This document shows positions 8,860-18,330 of a DNA stretch of 64,000 nucleotides, piece by piece. The position numbers were made by a program, and so were the translations under genes. The stretch is from a virus (lineage: Duplodnaviria; Caudoviricetes), in IMG/VR virus record IMGVR_UViG_3300037483_000648, positions 708 through 64,707 of that record. The stretch is one strand, 5' to 3'. Every line of letters begins with the position of its first letter. The stretch's first letter is position 1. The notes under the pieces are model-generated. The model did not search any database. It was not told where the DNA came from and saw only the letters and a list, made by a program, of their open reading frames with translations.

Positions 8860-9317
8860 TGTTTAGGCCCGATCGTCTACGTGAAGTTATTCGGTTTTCC
8901 TTACGACCAATCAGTAAATGGTCTGTCGAAGCCGAGGAAATGATGATGATGATAGCCGCTCATGAATCTTATCTAGGTATGCACTTGAAACAAATCGGTG
9001 GCGGACCTGCTCGTGGAATTTATGGTATGGAGCTTGCCACGGAAAAAGATATATGGCAGTCATATCTTGGCTACAAGTCAGGGCTGGTTGGAAAAATAGA
9101 GGCGATGTGTGGGGTTGGTGGATCGAATGAATACCAGCTTACATATAACCCGATTTATAGCACAATAATGTGCCGGATTAAATTGTTGCAATGCCCTGGC
9201 TTATTGCCAAAAGGCACACAAGCAATGGCAAAATATGCAGACGATTTTTACAATGCCGGGGGCAAAGCTACTCCTGAAAAATATATAAATGATTATAAAC
9301 GGCTGGTTCTCGCATGA
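8859..9317 (+). CDS. Putative endolysin, lysozyme-like fold
   Basis: AAHES.LG..LKQIGGGPARGIYGME.AT motif with candidate catalytic Glu; lysis-module position. Confidence 0.6.
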   Translation: MFRPDRLREVIRFSLRPISKWSVEAEEMMMMIAAHESYLGMHLKQIGGGPARGIYGMELATEKDIWQSYLGYKSGLVGKIEAMCGVGGSNEYQLTYNPIYSTIMCRIKLLQCPGLLPKGTQAMAKYADDFYNAGGKATPEKYINDYKRLVLA

Positions 9318-9356
9318 TAAAAACAGTCAGTAACCACTCTTTTTATAGGTCTTAAA

Positions 9357-9776
9357 ATGGCAATACTAGATACAATACGAGTCTTGATTCAAGATACCAG
9401 TTTAACCCCAATAATGGCTGATGCTGATATCGAAGCTATTCTTTCGATAGAAGATAACATTTATAGGGCTGCATCAGCCTGTTGCAGGGCCATGGCGGCT
9501 TACTTTGCTAAAAAGGTATCTCTTACTATAGACGTTATTAAAATCGCCAACAATCAGAAATTTGAGCACTACACAGCATTAGCCAAATTTTATGACCAAA
9601 GAGCCAGGGAAGGTGGCGGATATATTGGTGGCGGATCGGTCGGCACAGGTATTCTTTTGACTGGTGTCTCTGCTTCTGAAATGGATGCTGTAATAGATAA
9701 TACTGACAGGGTTGATTCAGTTTTTTATGTAGGGTTAAATGATAACCCAAATAATCCTGATGAGGAATTAAGCTAA
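9357..9776 (+). CDS. Head-tail adaptor
   Basis: IRVLIQDT...DADIEAIL...NIYRAAS pattern; first gene of the neck block. Confidence 0.7.
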   Translation: MAILDTIRVLIQDTSLTPIMADADIEAILSIEDNIYRAASACCRAMAAYFAKKVSLTIDVIKIANNQKFEHYTALAKFYDQRAREGGGYIGGGSVGTGILLTGVSASEMDAVIDNTDRVDSVFYVGLNDNPNNPDEELS

Positions 9777-10126
9777 TGGCTGATTTAACTATTCCCGCTG
9801 ATATTATAGAGGGTTTTTTAGAAATCTTGGAAGAAGTCGGGGTTGAAGGGCAATTACAAATCAATACTGTATCCGGCACAGAATTTAATCCTATAATAAC
9901 TCCAACAACAGAAAACATTGATCTTGTTCCTGTTAATTACAAAGTAAAAGAGATAGATGGAACAGTAATTCAACAGGGCGATAGGAAGTTTTTATTTTTA
10001 TCAACCGCTGTTCCAGCAACAACCGGGAAAGTTATTTTAGATAGTGTTAATTACAATATTGTTGATGTTCAAATAGTGGCTGTATCAGGAATAACAGTTT
10101 TATATAAAGTTCAGGGTAGAAAATGA
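9776..10126 (+). CDS. Head closure / head-tail joining protein
   Basis: 116 aa, IDGTVIQQGDRKFL motif, synteny. Confidence 0.7.
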   Translation: MADLTIPADIIEGFLEILEEVGVEGQLQINTVSGTEFNPIITPTTENIDLVPVNYKVKEIDGTVIQQGDRKFLFLSTAVPATTGKVILDSVNYNIVDVQIVAVSGITVLYKVQGRK

Positions 10127-10548
10127 GTTTTGCTGACGACATTAAGAAGTTTGCCGAAAAGACCAATAACACGATAGATGAGGTTGTTATATCTTTTGTG
10201 CTTGATGTCTCTAGAAATGTAATAGTTGGAGACGGAGGAAGTTGCCCAGGAACACCAGTTGATACTGGCTGGGCCATAAATAATTGGGTAGCTACTGTTG
10301 GTACCCCAAATTCTTCTGTCCCAAATCAGGCTGATAAATTAGCTCAAACAGCATTGACAGGGGTGGCTTTTATGGCCCTTTCGGCTCCGGGGAAAGTATA
10401 TTATTTGTCTAATAACGTTGTTTATATAAACAGACTTGAATACGGATATTCAAAACAAGCACCAAGAGGAATGGCTAGACTAGGTGTTATGGCGGCCAAA
10501 AAGGAAATGATGAGAAAGGTCAGGAGGGGTTATGGTTCAGTTCGTTAA
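10123..10548 (+). CDS. HK97 gp10-like tail completion/neck protein
   Basis: TPVDTGWAINNW...YLSNNVVYINRLEYGYSKQAPRGM motif. Confidence 0.8.
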   Translation: MSFADDIKKFAEKTNNTIDEVVISFVLDVSRNVIVGDGGSCPGTPVDTGWAINNWVATVGTPNSSVPNQADKLAQTALTGVAFMALSAPGKVYYLSNNVVYINRLEYGYSKQAPRGMARLGVMAAKKEMMRKVRRGYGSVR

Positions 10549-10572
10549 CTCAAATAGAAAGGAGGTGATCTA

Positions 10573-10980
10573 GTGTCTACAGCCTTGGTTCATTTAGCTA
10601 TTCAGTCCGCCTTGGCTGCGTTGACCCCAGCTATTTCTAACAGTTGGGAGAATGTCAATTTTGTTCCTATTGCTGGTACACCGTATCAAGGGCTAGATAT
10701 CTTTCTTTCTGATCCTGATAATTTGGGTTATGGATCCGGGCCATATAGAGACGAAGGCTTTTTCCAGGTTTCTTTAAATTATCCAAAGTATGCCGGAACA
10801 GCAACTGTACAAGCAAGGGCTGATCTAATTCGTTCAACATTTTACCGAGGGAGGACATTAACATCCGGCTCTCAAAAAGTAGTAATTAATAGGACACCAA
10901 CTATTTCTAAAGGCCGGGTTAACGGCGACTTTTGGTTGGTCCCAGTCACCGTTTATTTCTTTTCTAACACAGGAGTATAA
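10573..10980 (+). CDS. Tail terminator
   Basis: GTG start with GGAGG RBS; WENVNF.P...G.FQVSLNYP..AG...ADLIRSTF.RG pattern. Confidence 0.75.
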   Translation: MSTALVHLAIQSALAALTPAISNSWENVNFVPIAGTPYQGLDIFLSDPDNLGYGSGPYRDEGFFQVSLNYPKYAGTATVQARADLIRSTFYRGRTLTSGSQKVVINRTPTISKGRVNGDFWLVPVTVYFFSNTGV

Positions 10981-10986
10981 AAACAA

Positions 10987-12198
10987 ATGACAATTGCATC
11001 TGGTATTTTTAAAGTTTTATCAATCAAAAAGCAGACTGGCCTCGGAGTTGCTGCTTCTGGGGCTGACGGCACAGCCCTCCCAAGAACTTCTTCGAATATT
11101 GCTTTGAAGAAAGCCTCTTATGGTTCTGCCACTATTAAGTTAAGTCAACAGCGTTCTGACTTTCGGCATGGTATCCGCTCTGTTGACGGCACAATCTCAG
11201 GAGAGTTGAATGTTGGTGTATATCAGCTTTTTGAGGCTTCTATGCTCAGGCAGGCTTGGCAGACAGCTTCAACCACTACAGAGATTTCTGATGTGACCGC
11301 ATCCGCTTCTGGTCCTCAATATGTTCGTGGCTCTGGATCCTTCTTGACTAATGGGTTCAAGACTGGTGATGTTATCCGCTGGGCTGGTTTTACAGCTACT
11401 CAAAATAATGCCAACAACTTTCTGATTACTGCCCTCACAGCTACTCAAATGACAGGTATTCACCTTAATGGTGATGCTGTTGTTGCTGAGGCAGCTGGAT
11501 CGGCCGTAACTGCCACAGTAGTTGGCAAAAAGACTTGGATTCCTCAAACCAGTCACACTCGGGACTACTACAGTATCGAGCATTTTCATTCTGATATCAA
11601 CCAATCTGAGCTTTTTACTGATTGTATGTTAGGTCAAATGGCCGTTAAACTTCCTGCAACCGGTATGGCAACAGTAGATTATTCGGTTATGGGACTGAAT
11701 ATGACAGCTGGGACTTCTCAAGTCTTAACTACCCCTGTAGCTGCTACCGAGGGTGGTAATATCGCTGCCGTAAACGGTGCTCTGTATATTAACGGTACCG
11801 CTGTTGGTTTAATTACCGGCTTGGATTTTACGGTTAATGGCAACGTAACCGCCCCTGGTGGTGTAGTAGGTTCTAACGTGGATCCTGACCTATTCCCTGG
11901 CGCGTTTGATGTCAAGGGCAACGCTACTGTATATTTTCAGGACGCGGTTATGAGGGATATGTTCATCGATGAGGATGAGGTATCTATTATTGCCGCATTT
12001 ACAACCGGCTCTGATAAAGATGCCGAGTTTAAGGTTTATGTCTTCCCCAGGGTTAAGTTTGATGCCGCTTCTAAAGATGATGGCGAGAAAGGCTTGATCG
12101 CAACTATGGGCTGGACCGCCTTGGAAAATATTGCTGGTGGAGCAGCTGTTGATTCTGTTGCATCTACCATGTCGATTCAAGACAGTAAAGTAGCATAA
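10987..12198 (+). CDS. Major tail tube protein
   Basis: 403 aa; QRSDFRHGIRSVDGTISGEL, YSIEHFHSDI, FTDC motifs; position. Confidence 0.85.
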   Translation: MTIASGIFKVLSIKKQTGLGVAASGADGTALPRTSSNIALKKASYGSATIKLSQQRSDFRHGIRSVDGTISGELNVGVYQLFEASMLRQAWQTASTTTEISDVTASASGPQYVRGSGSFLTNGFKTGDVIRWAGFTATQNNANNFLITALTATQMTGIHLNGDAVVAEAAGSAVTATVVGKKTWIPQTSHTRDYYSIEHFHSDINQSELFTDCMLGQMAVKLPATGMATVDYSVMGLNMTAGTSQVLTTPVAATEGGNIAAVNGALYINGTAVGLITGLDFTVNGNVTAPGGVVGSNVDPDLFPGAFDVKGNATVYFQDAVMRDMFIDEDEVSIIAAFTTGSDKDAEFKVYVFPRVKFDAASKDDGEKGLIATMGWTALENIAGGAAVDSVASTMSIQDSKVA

Positions 12199-12220
12199 TA
12201 GTACGATTTATTTTATAAGA

Positions 12221-12242
12221 GCCTGGCTGTAAAAGGCCAGGC
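12221..12242 (+). other. GC-rich hairpin after tail tube gene
   Basis: GCCTGGC-N8-GCCAGGC; no U-tract, so stabiliser or weak attenuator rather than clear terminator. Confidence 0.35.
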
Positions 12243-12274
12243 GTAATTACAACCAAATTCCAATTATTGGAGAA

Positions 12275-12709
12275 ATGAAAACCATGGAAAATCAATCTTT
12301 TAGCCTCTCAATGTTTGATACAGTTTCTGCTTGTAATAATGGCGCCAAAATAGAATTACTGAAACCAAATGGTGATGGTTCAGGCATCTTTATTTTTATT
12401 CTCGGCCGTGACTCTGATGTTTATAAAACTTTTGAAAGAGAACAACGTGACTCTATGAACAGGAAGATCATGTTGGCCAGAAAGAGGGGGCAGGATATCC
12501 GCCTTGATTCCGCTGAAATGACAGAAGAAAAGGAAATTGAATTACTGGCTAGACTGACTACTGGTTGGGAAAATGTCCCCGCTTTTGATGGTCAAGGACT
12601 GCTTCCTTTTAGTAAGGACAACGCCATTGCATTATATACTAAATACCCGTCTATTCGGAGGCAGATGGATGACGCTTCTGGAGATATGCAAAATTTTATA
12701 AAGAGCTGA
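12275..12709 (+). CDS. Tail assembly chaperone (G-like)
   Basis: Between tube and tape measure genes; ILGRDSD, LLARLTTGWENV motifs. Confidence 0.8.
   Translation: MKTMENQSFSLSMFDTVSACNNGAKIELLKPNGDGSGIFIFILGRDSDVYKTFEREQRDSMNRKIMLARKRGQDIRLDSAEMTEEKEIELLARLTTGWENVPAFDGQGLLPFSKDNAIALYTKYPSIRRQMDDASGDMQNFIKS
12691..12697 (+). other. Programmed -1 frameshift site A-AAT-TTT
   Basis: XXXYYYZ heptamer in correct phase; the -1 frame is open (KFYKELIQDL) into the 12721 ORF. Confidence 0.7.
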
Positions 12710-12720
12710 TTCAAGATTTA

Positions 12721-13056
12721 GTGGCATTTGCCAAGTCCTTCTTCGAGTTTGATATAAAAGGGGAAGACGGGAGCACAAAGCGTGATCATCTAATGGTTGC
12801 TGCAAATGCCACTAAAAAGGTTCCGGTTGAACTTCAGGACCAACCGGAACTACCTGAATCAGCTGCTCATGTGTGGGATTGGTTTTTGGAATTAAACTCT
12901 GAGAGAACAGCGTCAATGGCTGGCTTAAACACAATCAGTTACTCAGAAATAAGAGCTTGGGCAGAATTGGAAAACGAGAAATTAGCAGTTTGGGAAGTCA
13001 AAGCAATAAAAGCCCTAGACAGGGCCTTCTTGAGTCGAAAGGATAAAAATGGATGA
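12721..13056 (+). CDS. Tail assembly chaperone frameshift partner (T-like)
   Basis: HVWDWFLEL...ISYSEIRAW...WEVKAIKALDRAFL motif. Confidence 0.8.
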   Translation: MAFAKSFFEFDIKGEDGSTKRDHLMVAANATKKVPVELQDQPELPESAAHVWDWFLELNSERTASMAGLNTISYSEIRAWAELENEKLAVWEVKAIKALDRAFLSRKDKNG

Positions 13057-16000
13057 TATTACCTCTCTTCAGATAAAAGTCGATTCTACACAAGTAAAAA
13101 CGTCTACATCAGCGTTGAATGATCTAGGCAAGGCTGGAGAAAACGCAGAGAAAGGGGTTAAGAAGGTTGATTCTGCTTCTGGAGCAATGGCAAAATCTCT
13201 TCATGCTGCTAAAATAGCTGCCGTAGGTATAGCAGCCGGTATAACTGCTATCAGTGCCGCTATACTTACAATGAGTGTCAAGGCAGTAAAGGATTTTGCT
13301 GCTTACGAGAAAGGATTAATTGGGGTTCAAAAGACCACTGATTTTACAGCTAAAGAGATGGTGAAATTTCAATCCGCTATTCAGGCAATATCAAGAGAGC
13401 TTCCTATTGCTACTGTAGAGCTTTTAGGGATAGCTCAGGCGGCTGGTCAACTCGGTGTAAAAGGGGTTGAAAACGTTTCTAGATTTACTGAGGTCATGGC
13501 CAAACTCCAATTAGCAACTGATGTGGTCGGAGAAGAAGGGGCAAAACAAATAGCTCGGCTCCTAACTATTACAGGAGAAGGTATTGGGGTAATTGACAAC
13601 TTTGGGGCTGTATTAGTTGCTCTTGGTAATAACGCTGCTGCAAGCGAGTCAGAGATTCTTTGGCTTGGTTCTGAGATAGGGCAAGCCACTTCCACTTTTA
13701 GATTATCGGCCAATGAGGTAATTGGTCTTGCTGCTGGCATGAGAGAGCTTGGTGTCAGGGCTGAATTAGGTGGCTCTGTAGTTGCAAGAGCAATGAGGGA
13801 AATAGAAGGAGCAATTAATACTGGCGGTGAGTCAATGCGACTACTCTCTACCATGACAGGGATAGCCGGAAATGATTTAAAGAAGACTTTCCAAGATGAT
13901 GCTGTTGGAGTATTTCAAGCTTGGCTAAAAGGTATGGGAGGAATGATCAAGTCTGGGGCAACCGCAGTAGAGGTTCTGGACGAGTTCGGTTTAAAAGGGG
14001 AAGAAGTTCTGAAGGTTCTCCCGACTATGGCAATGAATTATGATACTATTGCTAAAAGTATGAATTTAATGTCAGAGGAGCAGGAGAAAGGAACAGCCCT
14101 TAACATAGAAGCGGCCAAGGCAGCAGCAGGACTTGACGCTCAATTTGGTATTTTTAAAAATCTTGTTAATGAGATTTCTATTTCTATTGGTGCGTCCCTT
14201 GCTCCAAGAATCAAAGAGGTACTTGGTCAACTTCGTGATTGGTGGGATGCTAATAGTGAGATAGTAAAACAGGATATGGCTGTTGTTTTTAGCGCGGTTG
14301 CTGATGCTATTGGGGCTATAGGTACAGCTCTACATTCTGTTATTTTAGGAATGAATCAACTTACCCTAACCAGGGAAAAGAATTTAAACAAACATAAAGT
14401 CCTTGAACTCAGGGAAGAGATGGGCGGCTTGAACGAGGATTTATATAGATTAAAAGAGGGATGGTTTGGAGTAGGGAAAGGAAGTGCGGAAGAGATAGCC
14501 AAAACGGAAACGGCCATCAAAGAATTAATGACTCAAATAGAGGCCCTTGAAAACGGAACAAAAAAGACAGAAGGAGCAATTGCTAGTACTGGTGAAGCAG
14601 CTACCGGGACATATACAAAAATGGAAAAAGCTGCACAAGAAGCTTTAATAGCCCAAGAAAAAGAAAGGCTGGCTATGGAGCAAAACCTTTTGATTCAGTT
14701 AAGAAAGCAACAAGAGGAAGAGGAGTCTGCTATTATTGCTGAAAAAGCCGCAGAGGAATATGCCAACTTTTACCAATCCACTCTTGATAGACTTCTCCCT
14801 TTAGTAAAAGAGCAAAAGGATTATAATGCCGCTCTAGCTGTCCTTAAAGATATGGACCCAACCCAGTCTACCGAAGCATATAGGACAGCGCTGGATAATC
14901 TTGAAAAATCTCTGACTGTAAACATCGAGAAAGCAAAAGAATTGGCAATTGAGAGAGAAAGGTTGGCAGAGAATATCCAACTTGGTTCCACCGGTCCTGA
15001 TGAATTAAGAAATGCTGCTGCCCCTGAGCAAGTTCAACAACAAAACGAATTGCTCAGATTACAAAATGAATATAACGAAGCAGTAGATAAGCAAGTCTCT
15101 ATTCAAAAAGAGTTGGGAACTGCTTATGGCCTGTCTGCGCAAGAAGCTGAAAAGTTAAAAAAGGCTTTTGCTTCTGAGCAAATAATGAAAGAGGTAGATT
15201 CCTTACAATATCTAACCACTTTCTCTGGCCAATCTTTTGGAAATGAAATAGCTGATGGGGTAAATCGTGCCGCCCTTTCTGTTTCTAAAATGAATACCAT
15301 GTTTGAGGAACAGCTCAAATTACAAGACGAAATTAAAAAGAAAAGGGAAGCAATAACCAAAAGTACCGAACTCGATGCTAATCAAAGAAAGAAAGGTCTC
15401 AAAGAATTAGATGATCTTGAATCATCAATGCTCTCTGATCAATTATCCGGGTATAGCAATTTATTCGGAACTATTGGCCAACTCTTTGATGAGAATAGCA
15501 AAGAAAGAAAGACCATGCATACCTTAGAAATGGCCTTTGCTGCAGCTGAAATAGCTATAAACGTCCAGAAAGCCTTAACTAATGCTGTGGTGGCTATAAC
15601 TAATCAAGGTTCTGGTGATCCCTATACCGCTTTTGCCAGGATTGCTGCTATGGTCGCTATAATGGGCGGGATAGTCGGCATGATAGGCGGTTCTCTTTCT
15701 GGTGGGGGTTCTTCCGGCAAACAGAGTTCTTCTGCTACTACAGGAACGGTATTTGGTGATCCTTCTGCTTCTTCTGAGTCTCTTAAAAATGCCACCGATA
15801 TACTAAGCGAGTTTGAAGAAAAGCAGTACTCCGAGTTAAGGGCTATTCACCGAGAAATGACCGCTTTAAATTCTAATATCACCGGATTAGTAACAGGGTT
15901 AATCAGAAGTGTCGGCGGAGAATTTAATGGAATGACATTGTCTAACACTGTCAATGAAACTGTAAAAAAATTCAGCATGATGCTTGACCCTCTCACCACT

Positions 16001-18310
16001 TGGCTTCTCGGGGACAGCTCCGTTGCTAAATGGCTGTGGGGAAGCAAAAAAGTATCTGTAACAGGAACAGGAATAGATGTCGCGCCAACAACAGTAGGAT
16101 CATTGCTTAACGGCGGTGACGCAAGTGTTAGGATGTATCAAGATATAGAAACAAAAAAGAAAGGGATGTTCGGGGGTTTATTTGGCGGAAACAGCACCAA
16201 AAACTCAACTCAATATTCCGCTGCAGATGAAGATGTAACCAGACTTTTTACTCAAGTATTTTCTGGGATGAGTAAAACACTTGTTGAACTTACTGAAGGG
16301 TTAGGGGCAAATTTATCAACAGCATTATCATACGCCTTTACTATCCCTAAACTCAATTTAATGGGCAAAAATGGGGAAGAAATTACAGAAGCTATACAAG
16401 CAGCTATTTCAACATCTTTTGACAATGCCGTCTCTGCCGTATTAGGCAATTTGGTTGAGAAATACCAGCAAGTATCTGAAGGAATGTTTGAAACAGCAGT
16501 CAGGGTTTACACCAATCAAGTTGTTGTAATGGATGCGTTAGGCAGAACAGGTAACGCTACATATGGCAATATACTTGATTTAACTCAAGCAATTGTTGGG
16601 TTAGCTGGGGGCACAAATGAATTTGTTGCTACTTTCGAAAACTACATAGAATTGTTTACTACAGAAAATGAGAAGTTAGCAAAGTCTTTAGATTTTACCG
16701 TAAAGTCAATTGCTGATTTGGGCCTGGTCTTCCCGACTACTAGGGAGGGTTTTTCTGATTTAGTTTCCTCTCTTAATGTAACTACAGAGTCAGGCCAAAG
16801 GGCGTATGTTACATTATTAAGTTTAGCCGATAGTGCCGATCATCTTTATTCTGCTATTGAAGAAATAATGGAATCGATAAATGATACATTAGCCAAACTA
16901 GGAATGTCTGATGCAGAAAAGAGCCTCTACAATTTAACCAAACAATATGATGAATATATTGAGACCCTAAAAGCCTCTGGTGCCGCCCTATCTGATATCA
17001 GTAAGGTGGAGAGGGCCAGGACCGGTCTTTTAAAAGAAGCCGCTGGCGATTTACTGGCCACCATAAAAAACCAGGTAGAAGAATATGCCAATGCAGTCAA
17101 AATTGCTGAGGATAATATTCAAAGTGCGTATTCCAATGCCGTTTCTAAAAGAGATGCTGCTCAAGAAAAGGTTAACAGTTTACTCGAAAGGTCTTCTGTT
17201 AATTTAGAAAGTTTCTCTAAATCGATTGATAGTTTTTTAAATTCTTTAGATCTTCAAACTTTAGAATCCAACTTTGATAATTTAAAAGCGCAATTCATGA
17301 TAACTGCCAGTGCGGCCGCAGGTGGTGATTCTACAGCTCAGAATAATCTTTTGGCGCAAGCTAATTCTGTACTTGCTGCTGCTGAGTCAAACAGCGCTGA
17401 TAGACTTGAATATGACAAGATAGTGGCTTTGGTTAGATCACAAGTGTCAATGGTTCAAGGCTCTATTTCTCCTGGGATAAATACCGATATAGCTGATGCA
17501 CAATTAGAATTAGCAGAAGCAACAAGTGAGCTGGCTCAATTTGAAGTCCTGGCTATCAAGGCCGGGGTTACTTTAGAAACCTCAGCTGATAAAACCGCTA
17601 AACTTTTAGCTGAATTAGATGATGTTTATCAAGAGGCGTTTTTAAATAATGTAGATGCTCAAAGACAATATCAAATAGCGTTGTCATTAACTAATGGATT
17701 GACCTTTGAAACAGCAACAGCTCTTTCTGAATTGATATCAAATGTAAACGCTCTTCGTTCTACAATGAGCGCATATGCTAATTCATTTGGTAATGCAAAC
17801 AATTCTTATTCATCAACGAGTTTTGACCCCGCAAATATAATGTACCTGACTGCTCAGTTGGGTTCTATGTTTGATATAATGGCTGAGATAGAGAGATACA
17901 AAAGCCAAATAAACAATCAAATATCAGGGAGTTTTGCTGTAGGAACAGATTATGTTCCTTATGACATGACCGCAAATATTCATCAGGGTGAAAGAATAGT
18001 TCCTGCTGCTTACAACCGAAGCGATAAAACTAATGCTGAATTGGTTACTGAAATACAGGCACTCAGGAAAGAAATGAACGCTGTCATGTATCAAGTAGCA
18101 AAGAATACCTTAAAAACTGCTGACTATGCGGAAAGACAAGACGGAACAGTCATGAAAGTGGCTGTAGTAGAGGAAATACCAACTTATCAGCGTGAAGCTC
18201 AGGTAGTTGGAAATACTATAGGCAGTGAAACCGGTGACTCTACAATATTGCTGGAAGATGGTACAGTTGCAACACAAGAAGATGGATCTTATTGGGGTCA
18301 AGAAGGTTGA
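13049..18310 (+). CDS. Tail tape measure protein (TP901-type N-terminus)
   Basis: 1753 aa, helical/Ala-rich; C-terminal FAVGTDYVPYDMTANIHQGERIVPA motif. Confidence 0.95.
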   Translation: MDDITSLQIKVDSTQVKTSTSALNDLGKAGENAEKGVKKVDSASGAMAKSLHAAKIAAVGIAAGITAISAAILTMSVKAVKDFAAYEKGLIGVQKTTDFTAKEMVKFQSAIQAISRELPIATVELLGIAQAAGQLGVKGVENVSRFTEVMAKLQLATDVVGEEGAKQIARLLTITGEGIGVIDNFGAVLVALGNNAAASESEILWLGSEIGQATSTFRLSANEVIGLAAGMRELGVRAELGGSVVARAMREIEGAINTGGESMRLLSTMTGIAGNDLKKTFQDDAVGVFQAWLKGMGGMIKSGATAVEVLDEFGLKGEEVLKVLPTMAMNYDTIAKSMNLMSEEQEKGTALNIEAAKAAAGLDAQFGIFKNLVNEISISIGASLAPRIKEVLGQLRDWWDANSEIVKQDMAVVFSAVADAIGAIGTALHSVILGMNQLTLTREKNLNKHKVLELREEMGGLNEDLYRLKEGWFGVGKGSAEEIAKTETAIKELMTQIEALENGTKKTEGAIASTGEAATGTYTKMEKAAQEALIAQEKERLAMEQNLLIQLRKQQEEEESAIIAEKAAEEYANFYQSTLDRLLPLVKEQKDYNAALAVLKDMDPTQSTEAYRTALDNLEKSLTVNIEKAKELAIERERLAENIQLGSTGPDELRNAAAPEQVQQQNELLRLQNEYNEAVDKQVSIQKELGTAYGLSAQEAEKLKKAFASEQIMKEVDSLQYLTTFSGQSFGNEIADGVNRAALSVSKMNTMFEEQLKLQDEIKKKREAITKSTELDANQRKKGLKELDDLESSMLSDQLSGYSNLFGTIGQLFDENSKERKTMHTLEMAFAAAEIAINVQKALTNAVVAITNQGSGDPYTAFARIAAMVAIMGGIVGMIGGSLSGGGSSGKQSSSATTGTVFGDPSASSESLKNATDILSEFEEKQYSELRAIHREMTALNSNITGLVTGLIRSVGGEFNGMTLSNTVNETVKKFSMMLDPLTTWLLGDSSVAKWLWGSKKVSVTGTGIDVAPTTVGSLLNGGDASVRMYQDIETKKKGMFGGLFGGNSTKNSTQYSAADEDVTRLFTQVFSGMSKTLVELTEGLGANLSTALSYAFTIPKLNLMGKNGEEITEAIQAAISTSFDNAVSAVLGNLVEKYQQVSEGMFETAVRVYTNQVVVMDALGRTGNATYGNILDLTQAIVGLAGGTNEFVATFENYIELFTTENEKLAKSLDFTVKSIADLGLVFPTTREGFSDLVSSLNVTTESGQRAYVTLLSLADSADHLYSAIEEIMESINDTLAKLGMSDAEKSLYNLTKQYDEYIETLKASGAALSDISKVERARTGLLKEAAGDLLATIKNQVEEYANAVKIAEDNIQSAYSNAVSKRDAAQEKVNSLLERSSVNLESFSKSIDSFLNSLDLQTLESNFDNLKAQFMITASAAAGGDSTAQNNLLAQANSVLAAAESNSADRLEYDKIVALVRSQVSMVQGSISPGINTDIADAQLELAEATSELAQFEVLAIKAGVTLETSADKTAKLLAELDDVYQEAFLNNVDAQRQYQIALSLTNGLTFETATALSELISNVNALRSTMSAYANSFGNANNSYSSTSFDPANIMYLTAQLGSMFDIMAEIERYKSQINNQISGSFAVGTDYVPYDMTANIHQGERIVPAAYNRSDKTNAELVTEIQALRKEMNAVMYQVAKNTLKTADYAERQDGTVMKVAVVEEIPTYQREAQVVGNTIGSETGDSTILLEDGTVATQEDGSYWGQEG

Positions 18311-18330
18311 TATTTAAATAAGGAACGTAA

